Notes: a model not told the origin generated them from the sequence alone. Shown: positions 39,281 through 49,443, counted from the first letter of the stretch. The stretch: DNA of 64,000 bases from Candidatus Latescibacterota bacterium (GCA_965261395.1 OZ253462.1:5760001-5824000), one strand, 5' to 3'. Translations and numbers: made by a program.

Positions 39281-40594
39281 TTAGGCCTGCCAGTGCTGGT
39301 CGAGGGGGCGATGGGTGAAGGGGCGCTGCTGCTGGCCGTCGTACATATCGACGATGTGGCCGTCCCCTTGGAGAATGTACTTGTAGATGACGAGGCCCTC
39401 TAGGCCCACCGGGCCGCGGCTGTGCAGGCGGTTGGTGCTGATGCCGACCTCGGCCCCTAGCCCGTATTTGAAGCCATCGGCAAAGCGCGTCGAAGCATTG
39501 TGAATCACTGAGGCTGAATCCACCTCGCGCAAAAAGATGCGCGCGGCCTCTGGGTCCTCGGTCACAATCGCGTCGGTGTGGTGGCTGCCGTATGCGTTGA
39601 TGTGTTCGATGGCCTCGGTCGTGCTATCGACGACTTTTACCGCTAGCATCAAGTCTAGGTATTCGGTGGACCAGTCGGCTTCGGCGGCTGGTTTGACTTG
39701 CCCGTTGGCGTTGGCGAGGGCGATGGCGCGCTCGTCGCCGCGCAGTTCCACGTTCCTTGCGAGCAACGCCGGCACGGCCCGCGGCAAAAAGGCCGGGGCA
39801 ATGCCACTGTGGACGAGCAGGGTCTCAGCCGCGTTGCACACGGCCACGTACTGGGTCTTGGCATCGACGGCGATCCGCACGGCTTTGTCTAGGGCCGCGC
39901 TGGCATCGACGTACACGTGGCATATTCCGTCGGCGTGGCCCATAACCGGGATCTTGGTGTTGTGCATGATGTATTGCACAAACTCGTTGCTGCCGCGCGG
40001 GATGATGAGGTCGATCAGGTCCTCCTCGCCGAGCAGGGCGCGGACTTCCTCGCGGCCGGGCAAGAGCGTCATCCACCCCTCTGGCAGGATGCCATGCGTG
40101 GCTTGGCACATTATCTCGGCGAGGGTTTGATTCGTTACGGTGGCCTCGCGCCCTCCCTTGAGCAGGGCGGCATTGCCGGACTTGAGGCACAGGGAGGCGA
40201 TCTGCACCAAGGCGTCGGGCCGGGATTCAAAGATCACGCCGATCACGCCGATGGGCACGGTCACTCGGTAGAGGTGGAGCCGGTCGTCTAGCTCGGTCGC
40301 GCTCTGGGTCTGGCCGAGGGGATCGGGCTGGGCGCAGACGCCGCGCACCATCTCCACTGTGCTGGCGAATTTGTGTCCGCTCAGGTCGAGCCGCTTGAGC
40401 AAGGGCGGGGCCAGCCCATCTTGCTCACCGGCTTTTAGGTCTTCGGCGTTGGCGGCCAAGATGCGCTCGCGATTTGCTTCGAGGGCCGCGGCAATGGCTT
40501 CGAGGGCTTGGTTGCGCACTTCTTCGGACGTTGCGGCGAGGACGCGCGACGCTGCGCGGGCCGCTAGGGCTTGTTGACGCACTTGATCGGACAT
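39281..40594 (-). CDS. proA: Gamma-glutamyl phosphate reductase
   Basis: [48 protein letters not shown]. Confidence 0.96.
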   Translation of the reverse strand: MSDQVRQQALAARAASRVLAATSEEVRNQALEAIAAALEANRERILAANAEDLKAGEQDGLAPPLLKRLDLSGHKFASTVEMVRGVCAQPDPLGQTQSATELDDRLHLYRVTVPIGVIGVIFESRPDALVQIASLCLKSGNAALLKGGREATVTNQTLAEIMCQATHGILPEGWMTLLPGREEVRALLGEEDLIDLIIPRGSNEFVQYIMHNTKIPVMGHADGICHVYVDASAALDKAVRIAVDAKTQYVAVCNAAETLLVHSGIAPAFLPRAVPALLARNVELRGDERAIALANANGQVKPAAEADWSTEYLDLMLAVKVVDSTTEAIEHINAYGSHHTDAIVTEDPEAARIFLREVDSASVIHNASTRFADGFKYGLGAEVGISTNRLHSRGPVGLEGLVIYKYILQGDGHIVDMYDGQQQRPFTHRPLDQHWQA

Positions 40595-40596
40595 GT

Positions 40597-42495
40597 CTAA
40601 CTCTCCTCGGCGGCGTGCGCGGTGGCCGCGCCCATGATGGACTGCAAGCTCTGGCCCAGCCGCTGCGGATCTTCGATCGTGCCCTCGCCCAGCAATACGA
40701 AATCAACCAGAAAATGCGCCCAGCTCGCCAATTGCTCGGAGTCGCGGTCGCGCTTGAGCACCGCGGCCATATTGCGGATGATCGGATGTTGGCGATTGAT
40801 TTCCAGCGTGCGCAACGAGCCTTTGAACTCGCGATCGGTCATTTTCATCAGCCGCTCCATGTTGCGGCTCAGGCCGCTCTGGCTGGCGACCAGCAGGCAA
40901 GGGCTGTCGGTCAGCCGCTTGGACTCGACCACGTCTTCGACCCGGCCGGCGAGCTTCTGCTTGAGAAAGGAAATCAGCTCGATAGCTTCGGCCTTCTGAT
41001 CGTCGATCCCTTCTAACTCGACCGCGTCCTCTTCCAAGTTCAGCTCGGCCGCATCTACGCCCACGAACTCTTTGTCGGCGAACTTTTGCAGCCCTTGGAC
41101 GACCCATTCATCGACCGGCTCGTCGAAGTAGAGCACCTCTATGCCGCGCTTGCGGAAGGCCTCCAACAGGGGGCTTTGGGCGATGACTTCTTTGCTCTCG
41201 CCGGCGAGGTAGTAGATCTTGTCCTGCTCGCTCTGCATCCGATCGACGTAGTTTTGCAACGAGATGTAGGGTGTATCGTCGTCGGCCAGCGAGGAGCGGT
41301 AGCGCAGGAGTTTGGCGAGCTGGGCTTGGTGCGCGGCATCGGTGGCCACGCCCTCTTTGAGGATGGTGCCGCAGGCGTGCCAAAAGGCCATGTACTGGTC
41401 CTCGTCCTTCTTGGCCATGCCCTCTAACATGCCCATGATGCGCCGGACTAAGGTGGCGCGGATTTTGGCGATGATGGGATTTTGCTGGAGGGTTTCGCGC
41501 GAGACGTTGAGCGGCAAGTCGTCGCAGTCAACCACGCCGCGCACAAAGCGCAGCCACAGCGGCAGAAGCTCCTTGCAGTCGTCTTGGATAAAGACTCGCG
41601 CGACGTGCAGGTTGAGCGAGATCGTCGGCTCCGCGTGCAGCCATTGGGCCGGTGCGCGCTTGGGGATGTAGAGCACGGCGTAGAATTGGATCGGCACGTC
41701 CACGACGATGTGCTCGTGCGCGAGCGGCTCGTCGGGGTCGCCGGTCAGGTGCGTGTAAAACTCATGGTACTGCTCGGGGGTAATTTCGTTGCGCGGCCGG
41801 GTCCACAGCGCGGCCGTGTCGTTGACTTGTTTGCCGGCGACCTTGATGGGATAGGCGACAAAATCCGAGTGCTTGCGGATGATGGCCTCTAGCTGGTGGG
41901 CGTCGAGAAATTCCTCGCAGTCCGAGCGGATGTAGAGCTTGATCTCGGTGCCGCGTTCGGCTTTGTCGGCTTGGGACAGGGTGTAGGCCCCGTCGCCGGT
42001 GGATTCCCACAGCACCCCGTCGGCTTCTGGGTCGGCCGAGCGCGTGGTGAGCACCACTCGGTCGGCTACCATGAAGACCGAGTAGAAGCCCACCCCGAAC
42101 TGGCCGATCAGCTTGAGCTTTTCTTGCTCATCGCCGGCATCGGCCAGCTTGGCGGCAAACTCGGCCGAGCCGGAGCGGGCAATGGTGCCGATATTTTCAT
42201 TGACCTCGTCACGGGTCATGCCGATCCCCCGGTCGCGGATCGTCAGGGTCTTGTTGCTGCTCGACACCTCAATCTCAATATCCAATTCGGCGTCTGGGTC
42301 GAGGATATTGCGGTCGGTCAGCGAGCGGTGGTGGATTTTGTCCAGCGCGTCCGAGGCGTTGGAAATCAGCTCGCGCAAGAAAATTTCTTTTTGGGTGTAC
42401 AGCGAGTGGACCAGCAGGTGCAGTACCTGTTGGACCTCGGTTTGAAAAGCCCGTTTTTCGACTTGTGGTTTTTCGGTGTGGACGTCTTCGGACAT
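40597..42495 (-). CDS. htpG: Chaperone HtpG (Hsp90)
   Basis: IFLRELISNASDALDK, IGQFGVGFYS, LPLNVSRE. Confidence 0.97.
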   Translation of the reverse strand: MSEDVHTEKPQVEKRAFQTEVQQVLHLLVHSLYTQKEIFLRELISNASDALDKIHHRSLTDRNILDPDAELDIEIEVSSSNKTLTIRDRGIGMTRDEVNENIGTIARSGSAEFAAKLADAGDEQEKLKLIGQFGVGFYSVFMVADRVVLTTRSADPEADGVLWESTGDGAYTLSQADKAERGTEIKLYIRSDCEEFLDAHQLEAIIRKHSDFVAYPIKVAGKQVNDTAALWTRPRNEITPEQYHEFYTHLTGDPDEPLAHEHIVVDVPIQFYAVLYIPKRAPAQWLHAEPTISLNLHVARVFIQDDCKELLPLWLRFVRGVVDCDDLPLNVSRETLQQNPIIAKIRATLVRRIMGMLEGMAKKDEDQYMAFWHACGTILKEGVATDAAHQAQLAKLLRYRSSLADDDTPYISLQNYVDRMQSEQDKIYYLAGESKEVIAQSPLLEAFRKRGIEVLYFDEPVDEWVVQGLQKFADKEFVGVDAAELNLEEDAVELEGIDDQKAEAIELISFLKQKLAGRVEDVVESKRLTDSPCLLVASQSGLSRNMERLMKMTDREFKGSLRTLEINRQHPIIRNMAAVLKRDRDSEQLASWAHFLVDFVLLGEGTIEDPQRLGQSLQSIMGAATAHAAEES

Positions 42496-42616
42496 CGCGT
42501 TGTGGCTCCTTTGGCGATTGCGTTGACAGACCCGAAAAGGTAAGGAAGATCACCTACAAAGCAAGTTCGGCCTGCGCCCTTGTAGCGATGGCCGGACGAG
42601 CTATTTTCTGAGCCAC

Positions 42617-43858
42617 GTGCAAACTTACGACCTAATCATCGTCGGCGGCGGTCCGGCCGGTGCCACAGCCGCGCTGTATGCGCAGCGCCACGGGCTGGCG
42701 GCTCTGCTGCTGGACAAGCAGTGCTTCCCCCGCGACAAGATCTGCGGCGACGCCCTCTCTGGCAAGACGGTGGCCATCCTCCACGAGCTGGGGCTTTTTG
42801 AGGAGGTGCGCAACCTGCCTGGGGCGGCCGTTGCCCGCATTGTCTTCGGCAGCCCAGACGCAACCGCCGCGTCCATTGACCTGAGCCGCTACGATCTGCA
42901 CAACGCCCTGACCGGCCGGGTGCTGCCGATGGAGGGATTTGTCATCCGCCGCGAGGTTTTCGACGACTTTCTCTTTGCCAAGGCGCGGGCCGCAGCCGCC
43001 CACACCCTAGAGGGTTTTGCCGTGCGCGAGCTTCTGAGAGACGGCGAGCAGGTCTGCGGGGTGCGGGGGCGTACAGCCGATGGCACGCGCTTGGAATTTC
43101 GCGCGCCCTTGGTGTTGGGATGCGATGGCTTCAATTCGATCGTCGCCCGCAAGAGCGGGTTGTACCGCCATGAGAGCCGCGATTGGATGGTGGCCCTGCG
43201 GCAGTACTTCGAGGGCGTGGCGGACCTGAGCGATCAGATCGAACTGCACTTCATAGACGAGGTGCGGCCCGGATATTTTTGGATTTTCCCCCTAGAGGGC
43301 AACCGCGCCAATGTCGGCATCGGCATGGATCACCGAGACATTAAGGCGCGCGGCATTGACCTCAAGGACGCGCTTGCAGCCGCGGTGGCGAGTGCGACCT
43401 TTGGCGCGCGCTTCCGCGACGCCCGTCCCCTCGAAGCCCCAGTCGGCTGGAATTTGCCGGTTGGCTCGCGGCGGCGACCGGCGCACGGCAACGGCTTTCT
43501 GCTGTTGGGCGACGCAGCCGGCCTGATCGACCCGTTTACGGGTGAGGGCATTGGCAATGCCCTGTACTCGGCTCGCTTTGCCGTGGAGACCGCAGTTCAA
43601 GCCCGGGAGGCTGGAGATTATTCGGCTGGCTTTTTGCGCTGCTACGAGGATCGGCTGTGGGATGCGCTGGGCAGCGAGCTGAAGCTGAGCACCAAGCTGC
43701 ACAATTTGGGCCGCTGGCCCTACCTGATGAACTTAGTCATTCGCAAGGCCGCCAAAAATGCCGCGGTCAGCAACCTGATCTGCGGCATGATGGCCGACGC
43801 CGTGCCGCGCAAGATGCTGACTAACCCGCTGTTTTACCTCCGGCTGCTATGGAAGTAG
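42617..43858 (+). CDS. Geranylgeranyl reductase family FAD oxidoreductase
   Basis: GGGPAG, FPRDKICGD, GYFWIFP, LLGDAAGLIDPFTGEGI. Confidence 0.9.
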   Translation: MQTYDLIIVGGGPAGATAALYAQRHGLAALLLDKQCFPRDKICGDALSGKTVAILHELGLFEEVRNLPGAAVARIVFGSPDATAASIDLSRYDLHNALTGRVLPMEGFVIRREVFDDFLFAKARAAAAHTLEGFAVRELLRDGEQVCGVRGRTADGTRLEFRAPLVLGCDGFNSIVARKSGLYRHESRDWMVALRQYFEGVADLSDQIELHFIDEVRPGYFWIFPLEGNRANVGIGMDHRDIKARGIDLKDALAAAVASATFGARFRDARPLEAPVGWNLPVGSRRRPAHGNGFLLLGDAAGLIDPFTGEGIGNALYSARFAVETAVQAREAGDYSAGFLRCYEDRLWDALGSELKLSTKLHNLGRWPYLMNLVIRKAAKNAAVSNLICGMMADAVPRKMLTNPLFYLRLLWK

Positions 43859-43863
43859 GCGGG

Positions 43864-44008
43864 CTAGATCGTCGTCGCCAAACCTCCCCGTCAACGCGGA
43901 TATCTGTGCCGGTGAATCTGGCCGCTCGTTGCGATTGCGACTGTGCATCAAGAGACGTACCTTCGTTTCGCATAAATAGCATCTAGCGGCCGTTACCCGG
44001 ACTAATTG
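43864..44008 (+). repeat. Unit A: SDR 3'-end copy, promoter and partial attI-like site
   Basis: 43864-43915 matches the reverse complement of the last codons of SDR 58431-59237; TTGCGA(43935)-N17-TACCTT(43958); ends TTACCCGGACTAATTG. Confidence 0.9.
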
Positions 44009-44035
44009 AATCAGGAATGCAGAGGATAATGTGAT

Positions 44036-44650
44036 ATGTCGCTGGGAAAGGTCACTTGTTTTATAACGCGTAGCTTGGACGGTCGAAAGCACTTTCTCCT
44101 ACTAAAGCACCCCTACGCCGGCAATCAAATACCTGCCGGGACGGTGGAAAAGGGAGAATCCTTTGTCGCCGCGGCACTCCGGGAGGCCCGCGAAGAAACG
44201 GGTCTAGCCGCATTGAATGTTGTCGCGGAACTTTTGTCGGAACGGGAGAAGCTACCTCCCAACACAGCCGTCATCCAGAAGACTTCCACTGTATACTCTC
44301 GTCCAGACACTGGCAGTTTCGATTGGGTCACGATTCGAAGAGGTATTCGCGTTGACACCCGGGAAACTGAAAACGGTTTCGTGCAAATCAATTATGCAGA
44401 AAAAGAGTCGCTCGGTTCGGATAGGATCTCGTTTCAAATAACTGGCTGGATACCACAAGATGCTCTGACGACCGCTGTTGAGCGTAAGCACTATCACTTA
44501 AGTTGCGCAGTAAGTGATGAGCTTGAGTGGGAAGTCTTTTCTGATCACCACAAGTTTGTCCTAATGTGGCATCCGTTGACCGAAGATCCCAAATTGCAGG
44601 AACCATTTGGGGAGTGGTTCGGCTCCATCAAGGAGCATCTCGTTGATTAG
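44036..44650 (+). CDS. NUDIX hydrolase (gene cassette)
   Basis: Nudix box GTVEKGESFVAAALREAREETG; followed by an attC site. Confidence 0.85.
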   Translation: MSLGKVTCFITRSLDGRKHFLLLKHPYAGNQIPAGTVEKGESFVAAALREAREETGLAALNVVAELLSEREKLPPNTAVIQKTSTVYSRPDTGSFDWVTIRRGIRVDTRETENGFVQINYAEKESLGSDRISFQITGWIPQDALTTAVERKHYHLSCAVSDELEWEVFSDHHKFVLMWHPLTEDPKLQEPFGEWFGSIKEHLVD

Positions 44651-44667
44651 CTAGACAGATCAACTTC

Positions 44668-44750
44668 AGCTAACACGGCACCCCCGGCTCGGGCCTGACG
44701 ACCCTCGACCCAACCTGCTTTGCAGGTTCGTGGATCGACAGCCGTTAGAA
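44668..44750 (+). repeat. attC site
   Basis: AGCTAAC ... GTTAGAA ends with internal inverted repeats (AACCTGC/GCAGGTT), just after a stop codon. Confidence 0.75.
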
Positions 44751-44815
44751 GAAATGGGGGAAAAGCATCAGCGTATAAGCAACATATCACCGCAATGAAG
44801 TAGAAGGAGTCTTCC

Positions 44816-45924
44816 ATGAATAGCAAGACTAGTATCGTAGATGAGTTTTTGCTTAAAGGGCTTATTGGTATGAGCCGAGCAACCAGTAAGAATCGTATGT
44901 CCGGCCATCCAGCGGCTGCGATGCTGGCTGCATATTTTTTTTGTGCTGAGAATGCCCTCTCAACCGAAGTTCAGGTCAAAGTCTATGATCTCGTGAAACG
45001 CATGGTCAACTCAGAGTCGATGTGGTTCAGCCGGGATGGGGAATCTTCAACCAATGAGATTCTTTTTTCGACCGAACTAGATCAGAGACCAAACGCGGAT
45101 CTAATACCATCTGTTGCCGCTGCACTTGAGCCAAGTATCACCGAATGTCGGGATTCAGGACACAATACTATCTTCGCGTCCTTAGAAGCCGTCTGAAAAC
45201 CCCCTGTCGGGCTGTTTTTCGGGTGGTCAAGCGATCTAGGCGTCGAGCGTTTTTCATAGGGCGAGACGCCCTCGATCCCAGCGGCTTGGAGTCAAAGCAG
45301 AGATCGAAACCCTAGTTTTCAGACGGCTTCTTAGCTCTAAAGGCACTACATGCTGCACCACAGTATGCATTTCCTGCGATTATAGAAGGTATCAATGACT
45401 TGCTCAAAGCTTTTGAGGGACAGGGACCGGGATGGGCACCTGTACCAGGTAATGAGAAATTAGCAGACCCTCGTGAGTTGTCAGTGGCTCAAGAACTGGT
45501 CGATCATCCCTATGAGAGCTATGTCGATATGATCGATGCGATATCCCGCTATGTCGTACCAGACAACTTCACCAAAAGAGGCGTTGGTGGACCGATCCAT
45601 GTCATAGATCATGCCGTAGCTCTATTGGATCTGCAGACATTGGGGTATACTTCATTGGCGCATAAAGGGATGGCAGCTCATCAGCAACATATTGAGTTGT
45701 GGTTGAGCCTTCCGAAATTTCCGCAAGCTGAAAACAGTTACTCCGTGAAATCGGAGCACGATCCTCGCACAGCGGACTACTGGCGTGAGGAAATAACCAT
45801 AAAAGATGGCGGTGGCGATGAACATCGGTTGAAGATTCTCTATGGCGCTCATCGTTTTGCAGATTGCATTACAGACGTAAACAAACGTCGTAGTTTTCTT
45901 GAAAGTGCGGCATACCTGTTTTGA
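44816..45924 (+). pseudogene. Hypothetical cassette gene (about 319 aa) split by a MITE
   Basis: Removing 45185-45333 gives the continuous frame ...GHNTIFASL|ALKALHAAPQY...LLKAFEG, joining ORFs 44816-45196 and 45400-45924. Confidence 0.85.
45185..45330. mobile_element. 146-bp MITE
   Basis: Perfect 16-bp TIR GAAGCCGTCTGAAAAC / GTTTTCAGACGGCTTC, TTA target duplication, no coding capacity. Confidence 0.9.
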
Positions 45925-45969
45925 AAATGTGCCTAACTTGCGTGGGCGACAGACCTGATTGATTCAGGA

Positions 45970-46305
45970 GTGCTGGATGGTCAGATCCCCAAAGGCGGCA
46001 CTAGAAATGTCCTGCGGGATGAACTGGCAAGCATACGAGCCGACCTGCCACCAGAAGACGTGGTGTTCACCCACGGGGATTATTGCCTTCCCAACGTCAT
46101 GATCCTCAAAGGCCACCTGAGTGGCTACATTGATTGGGGCTATGCAGGAATAGGAGATCGATATCTCGACTTTGTCGCCGCGTACAACACCATTCGCAGA
46201 AATCTGGGCGGAGAGTGGGTTCCCTTGTTTTTCCGGGAGTATGGGCAAGAATTGGATCAGGCCAAGTTGAGCGTGTATCAAAGGATCCATGACCTCGTAG
46301 ACTAA
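45970..46305 (+). pseudogene. C-terminal fragment of an APH(3')-like aminoglycoside phosphotransferase
   Basis: VFTHGDYCLPNV, GYIDWGYAGIGDRYLD; N-terminal lobe absent. Confidence 0.8.
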
Positions 46306-46311
46306 GAGGGA

Positions 46312-46535
46312 TTGAGACAAATCGCAAATTGTGACATTTTTTTTCACTGTAAAGCGTGGCGTCTCGCCGCCCTTTAGATCGTCGTCGCCAAAACCCCCCC
46401 GTCAACGCGGATGTCCGTGCCGGTGACATCTGGCCGCTCGTTGCGATTGCGACTATGCACCAAGAGACATACCTTCGTTTCGCATAAATAGCATCTAGCG
46501 GCTTGTACCCGAACTAATTGTTCGGGTACAAGCAG
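46312..46535 (+). repeat. Unit B: copy of 58367-58484 (SDR 3' end and downstream DNA), promoter and attI-like site
   Basis: 46312-46427 aligns with 58367-58484; TTGCGA(46447)-N17-TACCTT(46470); palindrome 46501-46533; G/TTACAC at 46535. Confidence 0.92.
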
Positions 46536-46601
46536 TTACACGAAAGCGGCGTGCCGGGTTTGCACCATTCTTAGATCCCGTGCCCCAACGGGACTGATAC
46601 C

Positions 46602-47366
46602 ATGGGAATCAATGAGGTGGCAGATTCTGAATATGACAAGATAGGTGATTTCTATCTCAACTGGCTGGATAGGAATGTTCCGGATAGGAATAGGCGTATC
46701 CAGCCCTCGGTAGAAATCATGCTGACTATGCTGGGCGATGTCCAAGGGATCAGTATATGTGACTTGGGATGCGGTGAAGGGTATCTGTCTCGCATCCTAG
46801 CGAGCCGAGGTGCTCTCGTTACGGGTGTTGATATTTCACAGATGCTGCTGCGGCATGCAAAGGAGCATTCTGATGACCACGGCATCACCTATGTCCTGGA
46901 CGATGCACAATCGCTGAATCAGGTGTCCGACGCCAGCATGGATGCCGTTATTTGCAACATGGCACTCATGGATATCCCTGACCTAACGGCAACATTGTTT
47001 AATGTCCGTCGGGTACTTGTCGACAATGGCAAGTTCATCTTCACAATTCTTCATCCGTGCTTTTTCACTCCGTTCAATGCAGAGAATCCACCGGAGGAGT
47101 TTGACGAAGAGGGAAATTTCAAGGCATTGCGTGTTTCAAGGTATGGCCTTGAAGGCAAATGGTACTCCGATGGAATCGGGATGTGTGGCACGCTTGGTAG
47201 CCACCACCGAACGCTTTCAACGTACTTCAATACCTTGACCAGAAGTGGATTCCAACTTGTCGAGATCTCTGAACCGCTTGATTCTGTAGCAGACGCGGTG
47301 GAGAGGCGTCGAGAAAGCATAGTGCCGACACTCTTGATTGCCAAGGCAATCGCCCTGCCATCATAG
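46602..47366 (+). CDS. Class I SAM-dependent methyltransferase (gene cassette)
   Basis: CDLGCGEG, GVDIS, DDAQ, NMALMDI, HPCF. Confidence 0.88.
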   Translation: MGINEVADSEYDKIGDFYLNWLDRNVPDRNRRIQPSVEIMLTMLGDVQGISICDLGCGEGYLSRILASRGALVTGVDISQMLLRHAKEHSDDHGITYVLDDAQSLNQVSDASMDAVICNMALMDIPDLTATLFNVRRVLVDNGKFIFTILHPCFFTPFNAENPPEEFDEEGNFKALRVSRYGLEGKWYSDGIGMCGTLGSHHRTLSTYFNTLTRSGFQLVEISEPLDSVADAVERRRESIVPTLLIAKAIALPS

Positions 47367-47406
47367 GCGTTTTCGTGTATATTTCGGGCGTTGCAGAGCC
47401 GCAATT

Positions 47407-47495
47407 GTGTAACAGCACGGTTTGCGCTGCGGCGCTGACGCGCCTTGGCCTTCGGCAACCTGCTGCACGGGTCCGCAAGCCGTAAAACGTTATGT
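47407..47495 (+). repeat. attC site
   Basis: GTGTAAC ... GTTATGT; R'' is the exact complement of GTTACAC at 46535. Confidence 0.85.
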
Positions 47496-47532
47496 GCAAT
47501 TGCAGTCCCGGAGCGCTGCCTAAACCCAAATC

Positions 47533-48317
47533 ATGGGAACTCTAATGCCCCGCCCTGATCTCAAAACTACTTTCAATACCATTGCCTTGCTCTACGACGA
47601 AGTGAGGCCCGGATACCCTGATGAGCTTGTCAGGGATGTTTTGGACCTCTCCGGAATGGATAGAAGCGGAAAAATCCTGGAAGTCGGATGTGGAACCGGA
47701 CAGGCTTCGAGATTATTTGCCACCCTCGGTTGCGAAATGACCTGTTTGGATATTGGCCAAGATTTGATCGAGGTTGCGAAGGCGCGACTCAACAATTACA
47801 AGAACGTTCGCTTCGTCCTGTGCCCTTTCGAAGATTGGGACTCGGCTAGCAAGTTTGACCTTGTAATCTCCGCGACTGCATTTCGCTGGGTGGTCCAAGA
47901 GTCAGATTCATTAGAGCCCGTGACACCCTGAAGGCTAGGGGATCATTGGCCATCTTCTCCAACTAGCACGTAAGAAGAGACGAAGGTTTCTTTGCGGAAG
48001 TCCAGGAAGTTTATAGCAAGCATTATGTAGTTTCAGATTCCCCTCGGGATCCCAGTACTCCGACGACATCAGAGTCCCCAGAACCCGGAACTACCGCTTT
48101 TGCCGATCCTATCCACCGAGTGTACGCGTGGACAGCGAACTATTCTGCGGAACAGTACATCAAACTCATTGGCACCTATTCTGACCACATCGCGCTGCCC
48201 GAATTCAATCGCACGCACCTATTTGACGGTATAGCTGACCTGATAAACAAGAACTACGGAGGATCGATCACCAAGCACTACGAAACTGCTTTAGCATTTC
48301 GCAGGAAGAAAGCCTGA
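47533..48317 (+). pseudogene. Class I SAM methyltransferase, frameshifted or with stops
   Basis: YDEVRPGYP, LEVGCGTG, FDLVISATAF then a premature stop; C-terminal part (YIKLIGTYSDH) at 48120-48317. Confidence 0.75.
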
Positions 48318-48392
48318 TTGAAGTTTAGAGCGAACCCAAGAGTTCTTCGCCAAGCGCGCAGCCAGATGGGAGTATTTCGGGAGTTGATTTGA

Positions 48393-49373
48393 GTGGATAA
48401 GCGATCTCTGCAAACTCTGTCAAAAGACGAAAGAACAGCAGCATTGCACGAGCTGGCCGAAGCCAGTCTTGCTGACTTCGATTTGACGGGAGGCTCACTC
48501 ATGTTGCTGCAGGACTTAGTGAATAGCTCATTCCGGGTTCAACATGACAGTGGACAGTGGTATCTGCGTATTTACAATCCCGACAGGCATAATACATCAG
48601 CTATCGAGTCTGAACTCTTGTTCTTGGAAGCTCTCACCAAAGGTGGCTTTCCAGCGCCTCGGCCGTTGCGTAAGCGCAGTGATGGGATGCTTTGGGTGGC
48701 GTCACAGAGCCCGGTTGTGGACGCAATCCGAATATCAGTATGCTCTTGGCTCCCGGGTGAGATATTGCAGCATGACAAGACACCACGGCACTATGCCAAC
48801 TTAGGAACCGCGTTAGCAGGACTCCACGAGTTCTCCGCCAAATGGAATCCATCCGAGGGGTTCGTACGTCCCCGTTGCGATAGTGAAGGTGTATACGGCA
48901 ATCACGGTGCTTCAGGATCGAAAGTCATGCGAGGCTGGGACAACATTGACAGTCCTCTTCGCTCGGATCTCGAAGATGCGAAGAGAGCACTTGAACAGGC
49001 CGAGAACGCTATTGGAACAGATTGTGGTCGCTACGGTTTGATCCACGCTGATCCAAGTTTCGGCAACGTCCTGTTTGATGGCGAAATACCATACCTGATC
49101 GATTTCGATGATTTCGGGTACGGCCACTATGTCTTCGATCTCGCAGTTGTTCTTGCTGGCGCCTGGGGCAAGCCTGATTTCGCAGAGAATCGCGCGGCTT
49201 TGTTCGAAGGATACGGGCAAATACGAGAACTGTCGCAGGCAGAAATGGGGGCATTGCCCGCAGCCATGGCAGCGCGAGTGGCATCGCTCATTTTCTGGGC
49301 TGCGGCTCAGGCATCACAGCATCCATGGATTGAAGGGCAGTGGCAACGCCTCAAGGAATACATGGAATCGTGA
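48393..49373 (+). CDS. Phosphotransferase (APH/type II homoserine kinase fold)
   Basis: LGTALAGLH, GLIHADPSFGNV, LIDFDDFG..HYVFDLA. Confidence 0.85.
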   Translation: MDKRSLQTLSKDERTAALHELAEASLADFDLTGGSLMLLQDLVNSSFRVQHDSGQWYLRIYNPDRHNTSAIESELLFLEALTKGGFPAPRPLRKRSDGMLWVASQSPVVDAIRISVCSWLPGEILQHDKTPRHYANLGTALAGLHEFSAKWNPSEGFVRPRCDSEGVYGNHGASGSKVMRGWDNIDSPLRSDLEDAKRALEQAENAIGTDCGRYGLIHADPSFGNVLFDGEIPYLIDFDDFGYGHYVFDLAVVLAGAWGKPDFAENRAALFEGYGQIRELSQAEMGALPAAMAARVASLIFWAAAQASQHPWIEGQWQRLKEYMES

Positions 49374-49384
49374 TGGAAGAAAGG

Positions 49385-49443
49385 CACTAAAAGCCAGACG
49401 CACTCGTCGGGCTTACGGCCGAGCGCGATCTGCAGCCTTAGGA
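49385..49443 (+). repeat. Possible degenerate short attC
   Basis: CACTAAA ... CTTAGGA ends enclosing an imperfect hairpin CAGACGCACTCG / CGAGCGCGATCTG. Confidence 0.4.

Noticed and set aside
45188-45197. GCCGTCTGAA equals the Neisseria DNA uptake sequence, present as an inverted pair
   Set aside because: I saw it only within the MITE TIRs, with a target duplication and no dispersal across the window, so it is coincidental.
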